Source: Ignavibacteriales bacterium (GTDB lineage Bacteria; Bacteroidota; Ignavibacteria; UBA10030). From it: DNA of 46,048 nucleotides. Of the stretch, positions 9,931-18,490 are shown one piece after another (within the stretch, counting starts at the first letter, position 1; each line of letters begins with the position of its first letter). The notes under the pieces were generated by a model that saw only the letters and a program-made list of their open reading frames with translations, was not told where the DNA came from and did no database searches. The stretch spans positions 1 to 46,048 of the forward strand of contig JANOGR010000225.1 in NCBI GenBank assembly GCA_031406095.1. The letters are read 5' to 3'. The translations under genes were made by a program, and so were the position numbers.

Positions 9931-11120
9931 GCTGATTTGGGTTGGACCCCCGGTTGAGAAACAGCGGGGGTGGGTTGTTGAATCGTTGGCTCGGCGGGCG
10001 CTGCGTTGAACGGAACCATTAGCTCTGAATACTCCTCATCCGGTTCCCGACGTGCCTGCAGAGTTTTACTCTTGAGACCCTCCTCAGGGATCGATTCGGC
10101 CTTCTCCAAGGGAGGCTCTGCAACCTGTTCGGGCTCGGATTTGTCGGCATTGTCATGGGGACTTATCAACGCTGGAGGTTCGACCTCGAGAGGTTGCAAG
10201 TCAACGGAATCCGTGTTCTCGGTTTTTATGTCTTCAGAAGGTTCGATGTGCAGCGTGACGTCCGATGGAACCGGTGCGGTTTCGACCCGATTGTTATCGG
10301 CAAAATCGAGCTTTTCCTGGTCCGCATGTTTTACTTCATCCTGTTCTTGCGAGCCCGCCGTTTTTATTTCTCGTTGCTTCTTTCGTTCGACGATTTTCAC
10401 TTCGCCGTCCAGATCCGGCTTCCGTTTTGGAATGTGGGGTAATCTCGATTTGAAATCTTCTTCTTCTTTTTTTATCTCGAGGGCACCCGCTTGAGCCTCA
10501 AGCATGCGGCGCTCGGTTTCAAACTGGCTTTCGCCCAGTATTTCTTCTATTTCCCTGGGCCGTGGAAGGTCTGTAATTTCATTCAGGCCGAAATGCTTGA
10601 GGAATTCCCGGGTCGTGCCGTACAACAGCGGGCGACCGGGAGTCGGCGCTCTTCCCACAATCGTGACGAGGTCTTTTTCAAGCAAGGTTGCAAGGACATA
10701 ATCACAGTTCACACCACGAATGGCTTCTATCTCCGGTCGTCCAATCGGCTGCTTGTATGCGATGATGGCCAACGTTTCAGTACTCGATTGGGAGAGCTTT
10801 CGCCTCGCTTGTTCTTTGTAGAGTTTTCCAAGCCACTCTGCATACTGGGCGAGCGTCGCAAACTGAAATCCGCCGGCAATTTGCAGAATCCTGTACGGCT
10901 TGTCCTGCTGCTGAAACTCCGCATTCAATTCTGCAACAATTCCGCGAACCTCATCAGCATTGATGGAACGCGTTTCGCCTTCGCCGCCCTGTTCGTAGAT
11001 GCCTTTAATTTGCTTCACCGTCAGAGGCTCTTGCGCAGCAAAGATGAGTGCTTCCACAAGATTCTTCATTGTGGAAGGGACTCTGAGAACCGCTGTCTCT
11101 TGCGTCTGGGTTTCCTGCAT
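9876..11120 (-). CDS. scpB: SMC-ScpAB complex subunit ScpB with long acidic C-terminal extension
   Basis: VEALIFAA, IAGGFQ, LSQSSTETLAIIAYKQPI.R.EIEAIRGV and PGRPLLYGTTREFLKHFGL motifs, followed by ~200 extra acidic/Pro-rich residues. Confidence 0.93.
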   Translation of the reverse strand: MQETQTQETAVLRVPSTMKNLVEALIFAAQEPLTVKQIKGIYEQGGEGETRSINADEVRGIVAELNAEFQQQDKPYRILQIAGGFQFATLAQYAEWLGKLYKEQARRKLSQSSTETLAIIAYKQPIGRPEIEAIRGVNCDYVLATLLEKDLVTIVGRAPTPGRPLLYGTTREFLKHFGLNEITDLPRPREIEEILGESQFETERRMLEAQAGALEIKKEEEDFKSRLPHIPKRKPDLDGEVKIVERKKQREIKTAGSQEQDEVKHADQEKLDFADNNRVETAPVPSDVTLHIEPSEDIKTENTDSVDLQPLEVEPPALISPHDNADKSEPEQVAEPPLEKAESIPEEGLKSKTLQARREPDEEYSELMVPFNAAPAEPTIQQPTPAVSQPGVQPKSAWHSWKQKIQTFIKKLFG

Positions 11121-11836
11121 TAGTTGAGACTCCGCATGATTGAAACTTCACCAAACGGTTCAGCCTGGCGAAGGATGAGTTTCTTTGCACGGATGAGTTC
11201 CAGCAAGGCGATAAACGTCACCACCACATAGATTTTTTCGGTCATGCTCTTTACAAGCTCAAAAAAAGTCGCTTCCGACCGCCGGGAGAAGAACTCTGTG
11301 AGATATGCGATCTGTTCATCGATCGTGACATTGAGTTTGAAAATTTCATGGACGAACTTCTTCGGCATTCTGTCGACGGCAAATTTGAACGACGCGATCA
11401 AGTCGAAAAGAGTTACGTCCTTCATGATGTCTTCAGCAGTCTCTTCCACCGAAATGTGTTCATCAGCGGCCCGGTATCCTCTTGAGAATATTTGTCGCCG
11501 CTCGTCTTCGCGGCGGGACATTTCCATAGCAACTTCTTTAAAACGCTTGTATTCGACAAGACGTTTGATGAGGTTTGCCCGCGGATCCTCTTCTTCTGCC
11601 TCATCAGGTTCGGGCGGCAGGAGCATTTTCACTTTGATCTGCATTAACTCCGCGGCCACCACCATGAATTCGCCCGCAACTTCGAGGTCCAACTCTTGCA
11701 TGTAATGCAGGTACTCCATAAACTCTTTCGTGATCCTCGCGATGGGAATGTTGTAGATGTCCAGTTCATCGCGCTTGATGAAGAACAGCAGAAGATCCAT
11801 CGGACCTTCAAAATTATGAAGTTTGACGCTATACAT
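11120..11836 (-). CDS. scpA: Segregation/condensation protein ScpA (kleisin)
   Basis: FEGPMDLLL, ELDIYNIPIARIT, DPRANLIKRLVEYKRFKE and VVTFIALLEL motifs. Confidence 0.95.
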   Translation of the reverse strand: MYSVKLHNFEGPMDLLLFFIKRDELDIYNIPIARITKEFMEYLHYMQELDLEVAGEFMVVAAELMQIKVKMLLPPEPDEAEEEDPRANLIKRLVEYKRFKEVAMEMSRREDERRQIFSRGYRAADEHISVEETAEDIMKDVTLFDLIASFKFAVDRMPKKFVHEIFKLNVTIDEQIAYLTEFFSRRSEATFFELVKSMTEKIYVVVTFIALLELIRAKKLILRQAEPFGEVSIMRSLN

Positions 11837-11862
11837 GGGAGGCGAACCTCTTCACTGATCTA

Positions 11863-12846
11863 TCAACCAATCCGCATCGCTGCATGGACTTCCCCCATCG
11901 TTTGCTGGGCAACGGTTCTCGCTTTCAATTCACCCTCTTCAAGGATGTGGTTGATCTCTTCGGGATGTGTTTCAAAGTGGAATCTTTTCTCCCTGAGCGG
12001 GGCAAGAGCTTCAGCAACGTGGTTTGCACAATTCAACTTGCAATCGACACAGCCGAGTTGTCCACTCTCGCATCCTTTGCGAATCTCCGGAACCTCGGCG
12101 GAGTTAAACTTCGTGTGATACGAAAAAACAAGGCAGATATCGGGCCGCCCGGGGTCACCTTTTCGGATTTTTTGCGAGTCCGTCACAGCCGTCTTCAGTT
12201 TTTTACTGATCGTCTCCGGGTTGTCTGATAACAAGATCGTATTCCCAACCGATTTGCTCATGCGCTTTCCGTCAAGCCCGGGAAGCCTGCCAAACTTCGT
12301 GATTCTCCCCTCCGGCTCGGGGAAGACCTTCTTATACTGCGCGTTGAAACGCCTTGCAATTTCCCTCGTAATTTCGATATGCGGCAACTGGTCTTCTCCC
12401 ACTGGGACGACTTCCCCTTTATACAGCAGTATATCTGCCGCCTGCAAGACGGGGTAGCCGAGATGTCCGTAGCTGATGTTCTCCATTTCCAAATCGCGAA
12501 CCTGTTCTTTGAGTGTGGGATTCCGCTCCAACCGGGCGGTCGTCACCAGCATAGAAAATATCAAATGAAGCTCCGAATGCTCCTTAATCTGTGATTGGCG
12601 AAACATGGGGCTCAGCTTTGGGTCTATGCCTGCCGCCAGCCAATCCATGAGCATGTCAATTGAATTCCGATGAATCTCCTCCGTGTCCGGGTTTGTCGTG
12701 AGAGCATGGTAGTCTGCGATCAAGTGATAATTTTGATACTCATGTTGCAGGCTTACCCAGTTTTCAAGTGCCCCCACAAGATGGCCTAAATGAAGCTTCC
12801 CAGTCGGCCTCATGCCACTGAGAATGGCTTTTTTTCTTTGGCTCAA
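11863..12846 (-). CDS. trpS: Tryptophan--tRNA ligase
   Basis: SGMRPTGKLHLGH, YPVLQAADIL, VPVGEDQ and RMSKS (KMSKS-like) motifs. Confidence 0.97.
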   Translation of the reverse strand: MSQRKKAILSGMRPTGKLHLGHLVGALENWVSLQHEYQNYHLIADYHALTTNPDTEEIHRNSIDMLMDWLAAGIDPKLSPMFRQSQIKEHSELHLIFSMLVTTARLERNPTLKEQVRDLEMENISYGHLGYPVLQAADILLYKGEVVPVGEDQLPHIEITREIARRFNAQYKKVFPEPEGRITKFGRLPGLDGKRMSKSVGNTILLSDNPETISKKLKTAVTDSQKIRKGDPGRPDICLVFSYHTKFNSAEVPEIRKGCESGQLGCVDCKLNCANHVAEALAPLREKRFHFETHPEEINHILEEGELKARTVAQQTMGEVHAAMRIG

Positions 12847-12882
12847 CGAGGAACGAAGAACTCCTTCCTTACGCCCAACAGA

Positions 12883-13386
12883 CTAGTTCATGAACAGATA
12901 AGGCTTCCAATGTTCATCCACACTGCCAACGAAGTGTCGGATAAACATCACATGATTCGGCCGTATTGGCTTCCGCTGCAGGGATATATGAGCTTCACCG
13001 GGCGTACGATCGCCCTTCCTGTTGTTGCAATCGATGCACGCGCACACGAGGTTTTCCCACGTGTCAAGGCCGCCACGGGCTCGAGGCGTGATGTGGTCCA
13101 CTGTGAGCGAAACATCGGATTTGCCGCAATACTGGCACCGATGGCTATCGCGACGCAGGATATTCTTACGAGAAAGGACGATTTTCTTGTATGGAACACG
13201 GACGTAGACAGAGAGGCGGACGATGCTTGGAAACGGCATCGTTATGGAGACGGAGTGGAGAGATCTTCCTTCACTGGCGGCGATCAATTCAGCTTTGCCA
13301 AGATACAAGAGAACAACTGCTTTCTTCACATTGCAAACACTCAGGGGCTCGTAGTTGTGGTTCAGCACGAGCACCTTTCGATTCAT
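12883..13386 (-). CDS. HNH endonuclease (McrA-like, Zn-binding)
   Basis: VLVLNHNYEPL, RKNILRRD..RCQYCG, LTVDHITPRARGG.DTWENLVCACIDCNNRKG. Confidence 0.92.
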   Translation of the reverse strand: MNRKVLVLNHNYEPLSVCNVKKAVVLLYLGKAELIAASEGRSLHSVSITMPFPSIVRLSVYVRVPYKKIVLSRKNILRRDSHRCQYCGKSDVSLTVDHITPRARGGLDTWENLVCACIDCNNRKGDRTPGEAHISLQRKPIRPNHVMFIRHFVGSVDEHWKPYLFMN

Positions 13387-13502
13387 TTTCCCGTTGGTGT
13401 GAACGGTTTCGTAGTGAGTACTGAAGACGACAACACCTCCTCACAGTTTTAGAGCGTTTGGCTCAATTGTTTCTTGAAGGTTGAATGCCTTTCCTCTTTA
13501 AA

Positions 13503-13531
13503 AATATAGGAGAATTCATAGAAAAAGTCAA
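13503..13531 (-). promoter_or_regulatory. Near-consensus sigma70 promoter upstream of HNH-trpS-scpAB operon
   Basis: Minus strand TTGACT-17 nt-TATATT. Confidence 0.7.
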
Positions 13532-13638
13532 GGTTTCTGCCGCAAATCACTCTGTCCAGCATTCCTTTTGACGGAATGGCGATGTGTATTCTGTCTCTAC
13601 AAAGTGGAATACGCTCAGAACTGTTCTGGGTTATCGCA

Positions 13639-14829
13639 TCAGTCGGTATTTTGATCCCGCCCGCCCTTGTATCTTTCCTTAATCTCTTCCACCGAATCAC
13701 CTCCGAACTTTTCCAGGAATGCATTGGCAAGTACCGGGGCGATCACCGCTTCGCCAATCACGGAACAAGCCGGAACAGCGCAGACATCCGACCTTTCATA
13801 GCGGGCGTCGACTTGTTTCATGGTCTTCAAATCCACAGATTTCAACGGATGCGCAAGCGTAGAGATCGGTTTCATCGCTGCATGAAGGACGAGCATCTCT
13901 CCGTTCGTGACGCCACCCTCCAATCCTCCCGCCCTGTTTGTCTTGCGGCCAATCATTCCTTTCGACACGGTAAATGCATCATGAACCAGGGATCCATGCT
14001 GCCCGGCGTTCGCAAACCCGTTCCCGATTTCAACTCCCTTCACCGCGTGAATTGACATCAACGCCTGAGCCAGTTGACCGTCGAGTTTTCGGTCATAGTG
14101 GACGTAGCTCCCGAGCCCGATCGGGAGGCCGGTGCCGAGCACTTCAAACACACCCCCGAGGGTGTCGCCCATTTTTTTTGCCTTGCGAATCTCCGTCACT
14201 GCTCTTTGTTCGGGCTTTTTATCCAGCATCCGGACTTGTGATTTGTCTGCTTCCTCTGTCACCTTGTACGCTCCACACGATGCCTTTAAATATTTTGCGA
14301 TGAGTGTATTCACTCGGGAGCTATCTCTCAAAGCGGCTTGTCCGATGCTCAACACATGGCTTCCGATAAACATGCCAAATTGCTCGAGGAATTTCCTCGC
14401 CACGGTGCAACACGCCACCCGCATAGCAGTTTCCCGCGCACTGGCACGCTCGATCGCATTGCGGACATCATCATAGCGGTATTTCATATACCCCACAAAA
14501 TCCCCATGACCAGGCCTTGGAACGGTAATTTTCTCGACACCTTTGCCGTCAGATTCCACGGCCATTCTTTCCAACCAATTGTGGGAATCCTTGTTCCGAA
14601 TCACCAGGGCTATTGGCGAACCCAACGTCAGTCCGAAACGTACGCCGGACAGAATTTCCACACGGTCTGATTCCAGCCTCATCCTCCCCCCTCTCCCGTA
14701 CCCTTGCTGGCGTCTTTTGAGCTGGTGGTTGATATACTCTGCAGTCAACGATAGTCCAGCCGGAATGCCTTCAACGATTCCAACGAGCGCTTTTCCGTGC
14801 GATTCTCCTGCCGTATAGTAACGGATCAC
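13639..14829 (-). CDS. aroC: Chorismate synthase
   Basis: YTAGESHG, RRQQGYGRGGRM, PRPGHGD, ERASARETA, NRAGGLEGG and ERSDVCAVP motifs. GTG start at 14829 follows a purine-rich RBS. Confidence 0.97.
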   Translation of the reverse strand: MIRYYTAGESHGKALVGIVEGIPAGLSLTAEYINHQLKRRQQGYGRGGRMRLESDRVEILSGVRFGLTLGSPIALVIRNKDSHNWLERMAVESDGKGVEKITVPRPGHGDFVGYMKYRYDDVRNAIERASARETAMRVACCTVARKFLEQFGMFIGSHVLSIGQAALRDSSRVNTLIAKYLKASCGAYKVTEEADKSQVRMLDKKPEQRAVTEIRKAKKMGDTLGGVFEVLGTGLPIGLGSYVHYDRKLDGQLAQALMSIHAVKGVEIGNGFANAGQHGSLVHDAFTVSKGMIGRKTNRAGGLEGGVTNGEMLVLHAAMKPISTLAHPLKSVDLKTMKQVDARYERSDVCAVPACSVIGEAVIAPVLANAFLEKFGGDSVEEIKERYKGGRDQNTD

Positions 14830-14856
14830 ATCGGTCCCTTTCTTCGTTCCGAGAGT

Positions 14857-14966
14857 CAATTAGTTCTCACTGAAAAAGTAGCTTTTCTTGTAGGTCGGAT
14901 CGCTGATCCGACCAAACTTGAGGACGGGACAGCGTCCCGTCCTACATTTTCAGCGAGAGTCAATTA
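14857..14966. mobile_element. MITE-like element with imperfect terminal inverted repeats enclosing a GTAG-type REP doublet
   Basis: 14857-14881 and the reverse complement of 14942-14966 match at 19/25 nt. Two inverted GTAG-tagged hairpins lie inside. A 13-nt direct repeat CGAGAGTCAATTA occurs at 14850 and 14954. Confidence 0.55.
14890..14945. repeat. Inverted pair of GTAG-family REP palindromes (REPIN-like)
   Basis: GTA-GGTCGGATC-GCT-GATCCGACC (14890-14913, +) and GTA-GGACGGGAC-GCT-GTCCCGTCC (14945-14922, -). Both have the same tag, a 9-bp stem and a GCT loop, with compensatory changes. Confidence 0.8.
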
Positions 14967-15001
14967 ACGCAAAAATCGCTGCAGTTTCAATGATTCCCCC
15001 G

Positions 15002-15038
15002 AAAACACAAAGGGCGCCCGATCACTCGAGCGCCCTTC
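15002..15038 (-). terminator. Rho-independent terminator after degP
   Basis: Minus strand AAGGGCGC...GCGCCCTT hairpin followed by TGTGTTTT, 25 nt after the stop codon. Confidence 0.7.
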
Positions 15039-15063
15039 ACTTTGAACTGAGGAAACAATGGTG

Positions 15064-16596
15064 TCACTTTGGCATTTCAATAGCCACGTAGCGTGACCTC
15101 TTGTCTTCTCCCCTCACCCGCAGCATGACGGCATCTCCCGGTTTCAACCTTTTGATTTCGGATTCGAACTCAGTCGGCGAAGAGACAGGCTTGTCGCCAA
15201 CAGCCATAATCAGGTCTCCTTTTTGAAGCCCTCGTTCCTGGGCAGCGCTCATCGCGTCCACATCCTCCACGACCACACCGTTCTCTGCGTCGTATTTTTT
15301 CTTCGATTTGCCGTCTAATGCGCGCACCACAATGCCAAGCTCAGCCACATCGATACGTTTCGAGCCAGTGTTCTCGCGAACTTCGGGCTCACTCTTTTTT
15401 GTGTCCCTGGCCGCAATGGTCTCTTCATCGTCATCCTGCGGTTTTAATGTTACTTTTTTGTCGATGGTTCTCTTGTTCCTCCAGATTTTCAACGCAACGG
15501 TCTCACCCGGGTAGTGTGATGCGACGATCGTTTGCAGTTGGTTAGGAGTATTCACTTCCTTTCCGTCCACTGAAAGGATGATGTCTCCAGGCTCGAGGCC
15601 GGCATCCTCACCGGCACTGCCTGAATTGACATCCCGCACAAACACCCCACGCGCCCTATCCAACCCGGCAGCCTTTGCGGTTACTGCATCGGCCGCTTCG
15701 ATTCTTACGCCAATGTAACCTCGCCTCACCTTACCATACTTGATAATGTCATTCGCAACTTTTTTGGCCAGGTTGCTTGGAATGGCAAAACTGTACCCCT
15801 GGTATCGAGCGTTCGTCGTGGCAATTGCAGTGTTAATCCCGATGACCTCGCCCGAGATGTTGACAAGCGCTCCGCCGCTGTTACCGGGGTTCACCGCAGC
15901 GTCTGTTTGAATGAAGTTCTCAATGGCGTATCCCGTTCCGCGATCGTCGATAATGCGCATGTTGCCACGACCCAGCGCGCTCACGATACCCTGTGTAACT
16001 GTTGAGTTCAACCCGAGCGGATTTCCAATAGCGAAGACGATGTGCCCTACTTCCAGCTCGTCGGAGTTGCCTATCGATGCCACGGGGAGATTGTCTTCTT
16101 CGATCTTCACAACGGCAAGGTCTGTAAATCGGTCAGTTCCAACAAGCTTTGCTTTGAACCGGCGAGTGTCCGAAAGTCTTACCTCGATTCCGTTTGTTGT
16201 CGCGTTTTCCACGACATGGTTGTTCGTCAGAATATATCCGCTGGATGAAAGAATCACGCCTGAGCCGGCGCCCATTTCGGGCCCTCGTTTCGGCATGTTC
16301 CTAAGGTCCGGGAAAAAATGGAAGAAACGTTGCGATTCGTCGGAGTCCGATTGTGATTTTGATTCAACCTGGATGTAGACCACAGTCGGAGTCACCGTTT
16401 TCGAAATGTCATGAAACGCTTCGTTCAAGGCGACCAGGGATGGACTCGCTTTCACCGGAGCGGGTCCCCCTCCTAATTTGACCTCTTCGCCCGCAAATGA
16501 AGGGCTCACACCCTTAAAGCTGGAGACGAGGACAACTCCGAACACAATTCCAAGCCCAATGAGCAACACTGCCGTGACAACTGAACGTACTGACAT
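15064..16596 (-). CDS. degP: Do/DegP (HtrA) family serine protease with two PDZ domains
   Basis: GAGSGVI, LTNNHVV, TDLAVVK, IQTDAAVNPGNSGGAL and two PDZ domains. ATG at 16596 is 7 nt after AAGGAGG. Confidence 0.92.
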   Translation of the reverse strand: MSVRSVVTAVLLIGLGIVFGVVLVSSFKGVSPSFAGEEVKLGGGPAPVKASPSLVALNEAFHDISKTVTPTVVYIQVESKSQSDSDESQRFFHFFPDLRNMPKRGPEMGAGSGVILSSSGYILTNNHVVENATTNGIEVRLSDTRRFKAKLVGTDRFTDLAVVKIEEDNLPVASIGNSDELEVGHIVFAIGNPLGLNSTVTQGIVSALGRGNMRIIDDRGTGYAIENFIQTDAAVNPGNSGGALVNISGEVIGINTAIATTNARYQGYSFAIPSNLAKKVANDIIKYGKVRRGYIGVRIEAADAVTAKAAGLDRARGVFVRDVNSGSAGEDAGLEPGDIILSVDGKEVNTPNQLQTIVASHYPGETVALKIWRNKRTIDKKVTLKPQDDDEETIAARDTKKSEPEVRENTGSKRIDVAELGIVVRALDGKSKKKYDAENGVVVEDVDAMSAAQERGLQKGDLIMAVGDKPVSSPTEFESEIKRLKPGDAVMLRVRGEDKRSRYVAIEMPK

Positions 16597-16608
16597 ACGC
16601 AAACCTCC

Positions 16609-17430
16609 TTATATTGACTCGTGGTTAATTATGCTTTCAAAGACTCTGATGCTTTTCAGCGGTTTCAAACCTTCAAAATGTTGACGGATGTACAAACGCA
16701 AAGTTTCACTCATTTCGTTCCCCACGGAAAGAGAATAACCGATCGCGGGAATTTCTCCCAGTGGAAGGTCAAGGAACTTTTGCAGCACGACAAACGTCTC
16801 AACCCTGGCTTTGTGGCTTTCCTCTGTTCGTCGTTTCACATTCACAAAACGTGAGGCCGCTCTTTCTTGTTCACAACAAGATGGACAAAGAACTGACCCG
16901 GTTTCTGTCTGAAGTTGAGCAAGCGCCTCCGGGTTAATTTCGCCGAGATGTTTCGAGCAAAGGGCACACCGGTCGAATGCAGGCCTAAACCCGAAAAGCG
17001 CCAGGAGCCGCAGCTCAAAAGCCAACAGAATCGACTCCGTTTTTCCTTCCGTCATTTCCAGCACCTCTAAACACTCGACTATCACTGAGTACAACCGCGC
17101 ATTTTCCTCCTCGTCATGCATGACCTTGTCAACAAGTTCGAGAGACGTCATCGCGACTGCCATCCTGTCGAGGTCGGAATGAACCCTTTTGTATAAAGAA
17201 AGGATTTCCGACTGCGTCACCAGTTGAAGGTCCCTGTTTTCCTTCCTGTATATCACGAGTTCCACCCGGGTCATTGGCTCAAGCGAAGCTCCAAATTTGC
17301 TTTTAGTGTCACGGGCGCCTTTCGCCACTGCTTTCAATTTACCATATCGACGCGTATAGAAAGTGACGATTTTGCTGGAATCGCGAAACTTCATGGATTT
17401 CAGCACAATCGCCTCTGTTTTGGTAATCAT
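16609..17430 (-). CDS. recO: DNA repair protein RecO
   Basis: TEAIVLK, SKIVTFYTRRYGKLKAVAKGAR, and a C4 zinc finger (CALC...CPSC). Confidence 0.93.
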   Translation of the reverse strand: MITKTEAIVLKSMKFRDSSKIVTFYTRRYGKLKAVAKGARDTKSKFGASLEPMTRVELVIYRKENRDLQLVTQSEILSLYKRVHSDLDRMAVAMTSLELVDKVMHDEEENARLYSVIVECLEVLEMTEGKTESILLAFELRLLALFGFRPAFDRCALCSKHLGEINPEALAQLQTETGSVLCPSCCEQERAASRFVNVKRRTEESHKARVETFVVLQKFLDLPLGEIPAIGYSLSVGNEMSETLRLYIRQHFEGLKPLKSIRVFESIINHESI

Positions 17431-18488
17431 CTCTTACTCAATTCGTGCTTCATGTGAGCCGTCTCGCCCGTCAAAGTATCCACGAAAGGCGGCATGGCAA
17501 CCCCCTTCTCGGTTATGATTGCTGTGATGAGCGAACCGGGTGTAACATCAAAAGCGGGGGAATACACCTTCACGTTTTCCGGGGCAACACGTTTTCCGCC
17601 GAATCGAACTACTTCTTCTTCGGCTCTTTGTTCGATGGGAATCATCTTGCCGTTAGGCGTCTCAAAATCGACCGAGGAGGTAGGGGCGGCAACATAAAAA
17701 GGGATTGAGTGGTGATGAGCCAGCACTGCAATGTTGTACGTTCCAACCTTATTGGCGGTGTCGCCATTCTGCGCAATTCTGTCGGCACCGACAACGGCAA
17801 CATTGATCATGCCGCGCTGCATCAAAAACGCCGCTGTGTTGTCCGTGATCAGCGTGCATGGAATTCCGAGTTTATGAAGCTCCCACGCGGTGAGCCGGGC
17901 ACCCTGGAGAAGCGGGCGGGTTTCGTCGACATAAACATTTTTGAGTCGTGATTGCTTCCAGGCCCTCAGGATGATGCTCTGCGCCGTGCCGGATCCGCCT
18001 GTGGCAAGAAACCCCGTGTTGCAATGCGTCAACACAGAAGCCGCATTGGGAAGTAGCGGCTCGCCAAGCTCTCCAATCCGCGTGCACATAGCCTCATCTT
18101 CTTGATGTATTCGCCGTGCTTCAGCAAGCAACGCAGACTGCAGTCGTTCGACTGGCTCATCCTTCAACGCCTCCATGACGCGACGCTGACGACTGAGAGC
18201 CCAAAACAGGTTGATTGCTGTCGGCCGGGTTGCGGCAAGTGACGTGAAAGCCTTGTGAAGAATGGTGAGTTCGCTTTTTCCGTTTTGACCCGACAGGCGT
18301 TGCGCTGCGAGCGCCACACCGTAGGCGGCCGCTATACCGATGAGCGGTGCGCCTCGAATCGCAAGGCTCTTGATCGCTGAGGCCACCAACATCGGGTCAT
18401 CGGTCTCGACATACGCCTCTTCGACAGGCAACTTCGTCTGGTCCATGAAGCGAAGTTTGCCGTTTCTCCATTCGACCGGCTTGACCAT
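17427..18488 (-). CDS. mtnA: S-methyl-5-thioribose-1-phosphate isomerase (eIF2B-like family)
   Basis: DQTKLP, IRGAPLIG, TRPTAINL, LTHCNTG, ETRPLLQGARLTAWEL, VGADRI, NKVGTY and PAFDVTP motifs. Confidence 0.92.
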   Translation of the reverse strand: MVKPVEWRNGKLRFMDQTKLPVEEAYVETDDPMLVASAIKSLAIRGAPLIGIAAAYGVALAAQRLSGQNGKSELTILHKAFTSLAATRPTAINLFWALSRQRRVMEALKDEPVERLQSALLAEARRIHQEDEAMCTRIGELGEPLLPNAASVLTHCNTGFLATGGSGTAQSIILRAWKQSRLKNVYVDETRPLLQGARLTAWELHKLGIPCTLITDNTAAFLMQRGMINVAVVGADRIAQNGDTANKVGTYNIAVLAHHHSIPFYVAAPTSSVDFETPNGKMIPIEQRAEEEVVRFGGKRVAPENVKVYSPAFDVTPGSLITAIITEKGVAMPPFVDTLTGETAHMKHELSKR

Positions 18489-18490
18489 GA

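Noticed and set aside
9876-13386. ScpA/ScpB plus nuclease as a Wadjet (JetABCD) defence system
   Set aside because: The proteins are canonical ScpA/ScpB in the conserved trpS-scpAB-rluB context, with no JetC SMC or Toprim JetD
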